This document shows positions 1 to 7,314 of a DNA stretch of 11,110 nt, in pieces. The stretch covers positions 1 through 11,110 of the forward strand of contig NW_021827071.1 of the NCBI RefSeq assembly GCF_006345805.1, given 5' to 3'. The position numbers were made by a program, and so were the translations under genes. Every line of letters begins with the position of its first letter. Position 1 is the stretch's first letter. Under the pieces are notes generated by a model that was given only the letters and a program-made list of their open reading frames with translations, was not told the origin of the DNA and made no database searches. This DNA is from Octopus sinensis. Taxonomy: Eukaryota.

Positions 1-273
1 AGGCACATGCATTACAACCACATGTGCGTGACATAGTAATCTCATAACCAAGATAAACAACACATGACCTTGCATTGCAGGTGGGGGCCCAGTGTGAATT
101 TTCTTCAGGTCGTGTAGGCCTTCCCGCTCAAAAGGTTTCTGAATAAGGTTTGTTTAAGAATGATTGAAACACCCATTTTTTCAGAGATGAATTATTCAAA
201 CCACAAAGAATTCCTCTCAACTCATGACTGTGATGTTCCCCCCCGCCCCGACCACTTCTGTTCGTGATCAGAG
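1..273 (-). mobile_element. Interspersed repeat family X (AAT-tailed, non-LTR-like), reverse-orientation fragment
   Basis: Reverse complement aligns, with many substitutions, to 305-563 (e.g. ttcccgctcaaaa vs ttttgagcggga; gaccttgc vs gcaaggtc; gataaaca vs tgtttatc). Confidence 0.75.
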
Positions 274-677
274 CATGTCCCTTAGAGGCTGACGATATAT
301 GCATCTATGATCACAAGCTGAAGTAGTGGGGGAGCATCATAACCATGTGTTGAAAGGAATTCTTAGAGGTTTGGATAATTCACCCCTGGAAACATCGGAG
401 TTTCGTTGAAAATCCTTAAACAAGCCTTATTGAGGGATTTTTGAGCGGGATGGGTTAATCGAGATGAAGAAAATTCTAATTGGGTCCCACTGGCAAGGTC
501 ATGCTCTGTTTATCTTAATATGAGATCACCATCTTGCACACATACGGTTGTGATACATGTGTCTAGTGTACCCTTATCAGACGGGTAGTCATGATGAGTA
601 TACTGGGTTTCGTATATTTTACCGCTGAGCCACTTTGAAGGCATGCACTGTTCTCTCAATCAATCAATCAATCAATC

Positions 678-733
<56 letters not shown>
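271..733 (+). mobile_element. Interspersed repeat family X, 3' portion with (CAAT)6(AAT)n tail
   Basis: 271-376 matches 6569-6676; 547-660 matches the reverse complement of 10951-11069 (exact 26-mer gtatactgggtttcgtatattttacc at 598-623). Ends ...gcactgttctct followed by a simple-repeat tail at 657-733, as non-LTR elements do. Confidence 0.75.
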
Positions 734-736
<3 letters not shown>

Positions 737-789
737 TGATAATGAATAATAATAATTTTTATTATTTCATTTCACTTCTCTTGATTTGG

Positions 790-955
790 GCAACAACCTG
801 TCATCAATGATCTTAGCGTTGGACAAGATATCTGCAAAATACTTAGTGGTGTATTTAAACACTTCCCTTTGTATGTTTGAATTTACATCCTATGAGGTCA
901 ATTTTGCCGTTCATCTTCTCAAGTTGGATAAAATAAAGGCCCAGTCCAGTGTCGT
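790..955 (+). mobile_element. Highly decayed copy of SINE family 1
   Basis: caaaatacttagtggt...gaggtcaattttgccgttcatc...gataaaataaaggcccagt parallels caaaatacttaccggc...gaggtcgactttgcctttaatc...gataaattaagtaccagt at 10323-10428. Confidence 0.55.
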
Positions 956-1015
956 GGTCAATTTCTAATCAACCAAGAGTTCCTCTCAACTTAGCGGTCA
1001 TTTGTCAATAAATTT

Positions 1016-1160
1016 AACGAGAGGTGGATGACAGAATTGTAGGAACATCGAAGTATGCCATGTTTTGCACTATGTATTTGCAATTCCGTACGTTCTGAGT
1101 TCAAATCCCATCGAAGTCGACTTTGTCTTTCACTCTTCTGGAGGGTCGATAAAATAATTA
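1016..1160 (+). mobile_element. Decayed copy of SINE family 1
   Basis: acagaattgtag head-like segment, B-box-like gagttcaaatcc, and gtcgactttgtctttcac...gggtcgataaaataa all match the family 1 copies. Confidence 0.7.
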
Positions 1161-1189
1161 AATATTAAAGTTGATAAAAATTGGCTGTT

Positions 1190-1227
1190 CCCTACCAGCA
1201 GGGCAGTACCCTACAAGCAGGGCAGTG
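1190..1227 (+). repeat. 19-bp tandem duplication
   Basis: ccctaccagcagggcagta / ccctacaagcagggcagtg (17/19 identical). Confidence 0.8.
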
Positions 1228-1439
1228 CCCCATACAGGGGCATCGCTTCGAAGTGTTTAGTCGTACATATTGATCTCAAGTGCGAGGCCGAAATTTGTTT
1301 AGGGGGTGGGGAAAATACTAGTAGAAGCTAGGATATTCAAATCATTTTCATTGTCCCCTCCATTTTAGGGGTTTATCTGCACTCCCCGGTTCCGGGCCTA
1401 TGGACCTCAGTAATTATTTTTACATTGCTTAGTACTTAT

Positions 1440-1700
1440 TCGTTCTTTCTTTCTTTCTTTCTTTCTTTCTCTCTTTCTTTCTTTCTTTCTTTCTTCCATT
1501 CTTTCTTCCTTCCTTCCATCTTTCTTTCATTTCCTTTTTCTTTCACTTTTCGTTTTACAGATTGTTCCTTTCTTTTCCCGCTTTCCCTTCCTTTTCTTCT
1601 CCATTTCTCTCTTCCTTTCTTCCTTTTATTTTTCCTTCCCTCCTATTTGTCTCCTCCATATTCCATCAGCTGTTATTACTGTTCTTTTTCTTCTTCCATG
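1440..1700 (+). repeat. (CTTT)n-derived pyrimidine-rich low-complexity tract, ending at the exon A acceptor
   Basis: Seen directly; source of the F/S/L-rich start of the 1425 and 1562 ORFs. Confidence 0.85.
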
Positions 1701-1709
1701 CCCACCCAG

Positions 1710-1816
1710 GCCGACAGAGACGACCACGAAACACTCAGTATTATTACAATTGTTGGATGCAGCATTTCCATAATCTGTTGTCTACTCACAGTTATACTCT
1801 TTGCACTTGCTTGGCG
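1710..1816 (+). CDS. aGPCR exon A (post-GPS linker + TM1)
   Basis: Acceptor cccacccag at 1701-1709 after a long pyrimidine tract; ADRDDHETLSIITIVGCSISIICCLLTVILFALAW+cg; donor gtatgt at 1817 (phase 2). Confidence 0.92.
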
Positions 1817-1831
1817 GTATGTATAGCTTTA

Positions 1832-1855
1832 TCTCTCTATATATAAACGGCAAAA

Positions 1856-1904
<49 letters not shown>

Positions 1905-2337
1905 CCTTTATACAAATCCACAATTTTTCAGTTAGAGGGCTCGTACTTTCTATGGCCATTCAAAACCGTCCAAGGGTGGTTGCGAAGATCTTTTCATTTC
2001 CCCTGTTACCCCTGAAAGCCATTTAAAAAAATCGATAAACCGATTCCTTATGTTTCAGGTAACAAAAGTCTTTAATACAAAGGACGTAACTCCAGCAGTT
2101 TAATCTAAAGGTATTAAACCATAGCAAGGGAAATAACTCTTTAAAACTCTGCATTTCCCTCCCTTTGTTATGTATCACACCTCTTTGGCTTTCAAACATG
2201 CACGCATTTTTGATTTGAAAAATGCAGGGAATAATTAACGAGTTAGACCAAGTGAATGACAAGAGAGAGGGATTTTCATGAAAGACCAAACATGCTGGAC
2301 TATCACTAGACCCAACAACGCCGGGTCATAGTGCTAG
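1832..2337 (+). mobile_element. Non-autonomous Helitron-like element (506 bp) with 5' (TG)n
   Basis: A1831 then TCTCTCTATATATAAA 5' end; (TG)n at 1860-1900; 3' hairpin gaccc-aacaacgcc-gggtc (2309-2327); terminal CTAG 2334-2337 followed by T. A|T insertion site with no TSD. Confidence 0.75.
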
Positions 2338-2558
2338 TGTATGTATATGCACATATAGCTTTATGTATGAATACGCATATATAAATATTTGGTCTTGTGT
2401 GAAATTTGAAATCGTCATATTGGTATCTTTGACTAAATTTCACAACGAAGTAACGAAGGACGAATATTTGGAAATGTAATAAAATATGTTTTCTTCTGTG
2501 TTATAAATACATTATAGCAACTCTCTTATTGACTTTTCGTCTATCTCTCTTGTTCCAG

Positions 2559-2676
2559 AAAGTTGACCTCTTCTGTACTTGGACGATCAAAATCTATCAT
2601 CTTTGTGAACATCTGTCTTGTTTTAGCCGTAACTTACATTATATTTTTGGTTGGTGTTACTCGGACGGAAAATAAA
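2559..2676 (+). CDS. aGPCR exon B (ICL1 + TM2)
   Basis: Acceptor ttccag (AG 2557-2558); cg+a gives Arg, then KLTSSVLGRSKSIIFVNICLVLAVTYIIFLVGVTRTENK; donor gtaagt at 2677 (phase 0). Confidence 0.93.
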
Positions 2677-2688
2677 GTAAGTAGCTGT

Positions 2689-2689
<1 letters not shown>

Positions 2690-2772
<83 letters not shown>

Positions 2773-2778
2773 TATTTG

Positions 2779-2814
<36 letters not shown>

Positions 2815-2885
2815 CTATCTATCTATCTATCTATCTATCTATATCTATCTATCTCTATCTATCTATCTATCTCTCTATCTCTTCT

Positions 2886-2984
<99 letters not shown>

Positions 2985-3053
2985 GTCTGTCTATCTGTCT
3001 GTCTATCTATCTATCTATCTGTCTATCTATCTGTCTGTCTATCTATCTGTCTG

Positions 3054-3108
<55 letters not shown>

Positions 3109-3180
3109 GTCTGTCTGTCTGTCTGTCTGCCTGTCTGACTGTCTATCTATCTATCTATCTATCTATCTATCAATCTATCT
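2690..3180 (+). repeat. Compound (TCTA)n/(TCTG)n microsatellite
   Basis: Seen directly; generates the IYLS/VCLS tail of the 2563 ORF. Confidence 0.97.
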
Positions 3181-3385
3181 AAAGAAACCAAGGACGGGTC
3201 ATTCGAAGTTTTCTTTCCTCAGTCAAGTACCAGATGATCTTCGCAATTTCGGCCGATTATACTTGAGATTGCTCCAATCTGGCCAGCCCAGAGTATATAC
3301 ACGCACATGTGTATACACAAATAAACACACAAATACAAGCGTATACATTCACACTATACCATGCAATATTTCTATTTTTTTTCAG

Positions 3386-3536
3386 ACTGCATGCACAGTT
3401 ATTGCCGGCCTTTTGCATTATTTCTGGCTGCTCTCATTTTTCCTCATGTTGGCCTGTGCAATTGATATGACGATAGCAGTAACGCTCGTCTTCTCCATTT
3501 ACAACAGCCTCAAGTACTTGCTTGTCCTCGCTTGGT
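3386..3536 (+). CDS. aGPCR exon C (TM3, ICL2, start of TM4)
   Basis: Acceptor tttttttcag (AG 3384-3385); [50 protein letters not shown]+t; donor gtaagt at 3537 (phase 1). Confidence 0.95.
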
Positions 3537-3574
3537 GTAAGTAGGAAATGCTTTTGATTTTTCTTTATCAGTGA

Positions 3575-3617
3575 TCTATCCATCTATCTATCTATCTATC
3601 TTTCTATCTATCTATCT

Positions 3618-3650
<33 letters not shown>

Positions 3651-3712
3651 ATATCTATCTCTCTATCTATCTACTCTCTCATACACACACACACACCACA
3701 CACACACACACC
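3575..3712 (+). repeat. (TCTA)n followed by (CA)n microsatellite
   Basis: Seen directly. Confidence 0.93.
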
Positions 3713-3829
3713 CTTATACATACTAATACATACTAATACATACACCAACCCTATACATACACACGTCCAGACCTCTCCTACGCACTAATAGCTAGTCATT
3801 CAACCCTATTATCTCCCCTTATTTCGCTC

Positions 3830-4090
3830 TCGCGTCTCATGTTTGATCTTTGACCTCTGACCGAAATCAGATCGCCATGTTGATTCGTTAGTTACACTGC
3901 ACGCATTTTTTTCTCTCCTTCTTTCTGTGTTTTTTTTTCTCTCTGTGTATCTTTCTGTTGAAGAGCGTAGGCTCGAAACGTTAAAGACTTGTTTTATTTA
4001 TATTTCCTGAGCGCCATACTAACACAATTGTTTGTTTGTTTCCCACCTGCCTTCGTCTTTTGTCTATTTTCATAAAGCTTCCCGTTATAT
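3830..4090 (+). mobile_element. Probable Penelope-like element terminal-repeat remnant (boundaries approximate)
   Basis: Contains a minimal hammerhead-like fold ending in GAAACGT, followed by T-rich sequence running into (TA)n. This arrangement is typical of Penelope-like pLTRs. No coding remnant is visible. Confidence 0.45.
3950..3987 (+). ncRNA. Variant minimal type I hammerhead ribozyme-like motif
   Basis: Stem I TCTTT(3950-54)/AAAGA(3983-87); core CTGTTGA (3955-61; consensus CTGANGA); extra A3962; stem II GAGC-GTAG-GCTC (3963-74); GAAA (3975-78); palindromic ACGT (3978-81); putative H17 = T3982. Confidence 0.6.
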
Positions 4091-4099
4091 ATATATATA

Positions 4100-4405
4100 T
4101 CTTTATATATAAAATTGAAGTTGTGTGTGTGAGACTCTGTCTCCTCCGATTTAGATTCCTAACTACTCCCACATTTTGCGGTGCAGTTTAACCAAAAGTG
4201 GGTATCTTATAGTCGTCATTCATATCGAGCCCTTCTGGGTATTAGCGCGCGTTTACGATGAGTCTACGATTTAAAAAAAAATTACTATCATTTTTCCGCA
4301 TTTTTAATTATTTTTGCTCGGGTTATATAAGGGAAGTAACTCTCTAAAAATGCTTATATAGTTATTTCCCTTACAAACCCGAGCAACGCCGGGCGATACT
4401 GCTAG
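4100..4405 (+). mobile_element. Non-autonomous Helitron-like element (306 bp) inserted in an (AT)n tract
   Basis: TCTTTATATATAAAA 5' end followed by short (TG)n; 3' cccg-agcaacgc-cggg hairpin (4378-4393); CTAG 4402-4405 followed by T; (AT)n on both flanks. Confidence 0.78.
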
Positions 4406-4438
<33 letters not shown>

Positions 4439-4512
4439 GCACAAACATACACACACATATATATACATATATATGTACACACATATATGCATATGTGCGT
4501 GTGTGTGTGTTT
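4406..4512 (+). repeat. Compound (TA)n/(CA)n/(TG)n microsatellite
   Basis: Seen directly. Confidence 0.9.
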
Positions 4513-5043
4513 CTATGTGCATGTGCATTTGTACGATTGAGTGTACGTACGCCAGACCACGTATGTGTGGGCGTTTGTACATCCATATCTACTAACAGTT
4601 ATATCTAATAACTTTTTTCAGTGTATTTTGTATTTGTTTCTTTTTGTATCTCATCTTTGTTATGGATCATCTATGAGAATGAAGCTGTATCGCTTAATTT
4701 GTCACTTCTATATACGAAGACTAAGAAGAAAACATTTGAGCAAAACAGGGTTTATTTTAACGACTCCTCTTGAAATCACTTGAGGAGACACATCTATACC
4801 GAGGGATATACCTAAACTAGTTGCTCAGTTGTACAGTATCCCATCCACGAGGGATCGATGCAAATTGGGTTGAAACGATCCCAGTGATCAGTAAAGATTC
4901 TCATATCATCTATAATCCATCTCTCTCATTAATTACACCATATACGTTATACATGTGTGTGTGCATGCGAATATGTGCATGGTTTTGTAATGATTAAAAA
5001 CATTATGAGCCTGTAGGTAATGGGAGACTTATTTATATTTCAG

Positions 5044-5113
5044 TTTTGCCTGCGGTTATTGTTGCAATCACGATGGGCGTCAGCAAAGGAGAAGGCTATG
5101 GCACTGACAAATT
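5044..5113 (+). CDS. aGPCR exon D (TM4 + ECL2 up to YG)
   Basis: Acceptor atatttcag (AG 5042-5043); t+tt gives Phe, then LPAVIVAITMGVSKGEGYGTDK+tt; donor gtgagt at 5114 (phase 2). Too short for the ORF track. Confidence 0.93.
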
Positions 5114-5137
5114 GTGAGTGATATTCTATTCTACTCT

Positions 5138-5214
5138 ATTCACACATACGCACACACACACACACACACACCACACACAAACACACACACACTCACACAC
5201 ACTCACACACACAC
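5138..5214 (+). repeat. Imperfect (CA)n microsatellite
   Basis: Seen directly. Confidence 0.9.
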
Positions 5215-5290
5215 GATAATTCCTCGACTACCGCGGCTGGTACGTTCCAGAAACACCGCGATGATTGAAAATCCGCGAAGTAGAAACAGT
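5214..5290 (+). mobile_element. Tc1/mariner pogo/Tigger-like terminal fragment
   Basis: taattcctcgactaccgcgg...gttccag...ccgcg...gaaaatccgcg follows the CAG...CCTCG...CGCGG...GTTCC...AAAATCCGCG layout of Tigger-like termini. Recognised from memory, not by search. Confidence 0.45.
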
Positions 5291-5295
5291 ACCTT

Positions 5296-5330
5296 CAGGG
5301 GAGCAATACCGTCCACTTTGGGAACCACTG
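5296..5330 (-). mobile_element. hAT/Charlie-like terminal fragment
   Basis: tttgggaaccactg (5317-5330) is the reverse complement of CAGTGGTTCCCAAA, a typical Charlie-type terminus; abuts (AT)n at 5331-5357. Confidence 0.45.
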
Positions 5331-5353
<23 letters not shown>

Positions 5354-5361
<8 letters not shown>

Positions 5362-5908
5362 ATTTACAAGATAAGGGCAGAAGAAAAATTCTAATGCCAG
5401 ATATGCCGAAACAAAAAAAATTGTCGATAATCATTATAATTTATGCGTCTCGAAACAAACCGATAGAAATCTTTTAAAAATTCGTTATTACCGTATTGGT
5501 CCAATTTCGGGGTTAATTCATAAGAAATTTTCCCCTCTTCAGCGGCAAATACGCGAGATATAAGTGAAATACTTACACATACCCATGGAAAAAGCAAGCA
5601 CTAAGTCCTGAGCAGACTTAAGTACCCCAAATATATCCAAAATAGAAAAATCTTCGGCGCACCTCGAGACACGTGTGATTCGAACTAGAAACTTTTCCAG
5701 AGTGATAGAATCCGGAAGTGAACACTAATCTATTTATAATTAATATAGGATAAAATTTTTTTCGGGAAAAAAATTTTATCAATGGCCAGCATATCAAAAA
5801 ATGCCTTTAAAGGTAAAAGTTATACATAATTTACAAGACAAGGGCAGAAGAAAAATTCTAATGCCAAATATGCCGAAAAAAAAATTGTCGATAACCATTA
5901 TAATTTAT
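5354..5908. repeat. ~90-bp direct repeats (5354-5444 and 5821-5908) spaced 467 bp apart
   Basis: tatacataatttacaaga(t/c)aagggcagaagaaaaattctaatgcca(g/a)atatgccgaaa...ttgtcgataa(t/c)cattataatttat; three substitutions plus a short indel in the A-run. Confidence 0.9.
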
Positions 5909-6169
5909 TTCGCCGTCAAGTTATAATAAAAACAATTTAATGTTAAACCGTAGGGTTTATATCAATACTTTTAATTTATGAAACTTTTACAAAGAAAAGT
6001 GACTTTGGAGCTTTGGCTTGCTGGTCTTCGTCAAACATTCGGACGTAAGATGAAGGACAGTAGATCGAAGCATCAATTTCTCCAATCGCAGTAATTGAAG
6101 CGAACGAATTATTTAACAGTCATTCGCTTTATGGAGCTCCTTACCTTATATAAAATTTCTTCTTTTCAG

Positions 6170-6236
6170 CTGTTGGCTTTCACTGGAAAGTGGTATCCGA
6201 TGGGCCTTTATTGCACCCGTTATTGCTATCTTATTT
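6170..6236 (+). CDS. aGPCR exon E (CWL motif + TM5 first half)
   Basis: Acceptor tcttttcag (AG 6168-6169); tt+c gives Phe, then CWLSLESGIRWAFIAPVIAILF; donor gtaagt at 6237 (phase 0). Confidence 0.95.
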
Positions 6237-6509
6237 GTAAGTATGTGGCATCTTCGTAGATTTACTACTGCAGTTGTTATTACTATTGCTGTTATTGCAC
6301 TGTGTAACAAAATTCTTATAATTAAAAAAAAATTTTGTTAGTAAGTGTTATTTCTTATTTGTTTCTATCCAGAAATCAAAGGAAATGACTACTATTCCCT
6401 TCAGACTTTGCTTTTCTGATCTGGACATCAACGTTTTTGAAGCTGACGTATTTTCCATTACATTTCAGACAGATTCAGCGCTGAGTTGCTGATGCAGAAA
6501 CATCTTTAC

Positions 6510-6678
6510 AGCTAATATTCTGCTCAGTACCACAAATCTGCTTGTCAGTTGCTTGACCATAACCACTTGAGCATGTCCCTTAGTGGCTGCCAATATGTTA
6601 ATCATTGGTCATGAGCAGGAATAATGGAAGAGCATCATAGCCCTGTGTTGTGAGGGATTCTTTGGAGTTTGAATAGAT
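6510..6678 (+). mobile_element. Interspersed repeat family X fragment, truncated at the SINE family 2 tail
   Basis: 6569-6676 matches 271-376 (gagcatgtcccttag.ggctg, gagcatcata.cc.tgtgttg, attctt.g..gttt). The left boundary is approximate. Confidence 0.7.
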
Positions 6679-7107
6679 ACTCTTTTACTCTTTTACTCTT
6701 TTATTTGTTTCAGTCATTTTGACTGCGGCCATGCTGGAGCACCGCCTTTAGTCGAGCAAATCGACCCCGGGACTTATTCTTTGTAAGCCCAGTACTTATT
6801 CTATCGGTCTCTTTTGCCGAACCGCTAAGTGACGGAGACGTAAACACACCAGCATCGGTTGTCAAGCAATGCTAGGGGCACAAACACAGACACACAAACA
6901 CATACACACACATACATATATATATATATATACATACATATATACGACAGGCTTCTTTCAGTTTCCGTTTACCAAATCCACTCACAAGGCATTGGTCGGC
7001 CCGGGGCTATAGCAGAAGACACTTGCCCGAGATGCCACGCAGTGGGACTGAACTCGGAACCATGCGGTTGGTTAGCAAGCTACTTACCACACAGCCACTC
7101 CTGCGCC
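6679..7107 (-). mobile_element. Apparently full-length tRNA-derived SINE (family 2) with internal microsatellite and (AAAAGAGT)3 tail
   Basis: Minus strand begins ggcgcaggagTGGCTGTGTGGtaag (A box) ... GAGTTCAGTCC (B box-like); internal (CA)/(TA) tract at ~6878-6944; 8-bp tail repeat actctttt x3 at 6679-6702. Confidence 0.85.
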
Positions 7108-7231
7108 TATCACAACAAAAGCAAAGTTTGAAGGAAATATTAGCTATTTTCATACTTTTTAGGGGCAAACAAAACGGAAATAACAGATGCTACCCAGGGA
7201 CAAAAATCGTGTTACACAGCAATTATTGTTG

Positions 7232-7313
7232 TTAAAAGCAGTGTCTTAGCAGAATCGTGAGTGCATCGAACAAAATGCTTGACAATATTCTTTTTGCTCC
7301 TTACGGTTTGAAG
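7232..7313 (+). mobile_element. Decayed 5' head of SINE family 1
   Basis: ttaaaagcagtgtcttagcagaatcgtgag...caaaatgctt parallels ttaaggcggcg...tggcagaatcgttag...caaaatactt at 10282. Confidence 0.5.
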
Positions 7314-7314
7314 C

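Noticed and set aside
786-968. ORF containing VNFAVHL, superficially like the GPS/Stachel motif (TxFAVLM) expected upstream of TM1
   Set aside because: The codons come from a decayed SINE (gaggtcaattttgccgttcatc = family gaggtcgactttgcctttcatc). There is no upstream C-x-C-x-H GPS context and no suitable splice pair.
968-995. ccaagagttcctctcaac resembling 201-221 of repeat family X
   Set aside because: The match is too short, with no flanking similarity, to call another copy.
2677-3138. Extension of the 2563 ORF to 191 aa
   Set aside because: Read-through past the gtaagt donor into the (TCTA)n microsatellite; only 2559-2676 is exonic.
3181-3240. Minus-strand CTGAGGA-aag-aaaa-ctt-cGAAT...GTC, a second hammerhead-like string
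   Set aside because: GAAA is GAAT, extra bases are needed to form stem III, and the flanks (tacttga / cttgg) cannot form stem I.
4541-4783. 80-aa ORF in non-repetitive-looking intron sequence as a possible extra exon
   Set aside because: No recognisable protein features, and exons C and D already join in frame with no missing 7TM segment.
7040-7107. tRNA-like A and B boxes on the minus strand as a tRNA gene
   Set aside because: No complete cloverleaf or acceptor stem; it continues into a SINE body and tail.
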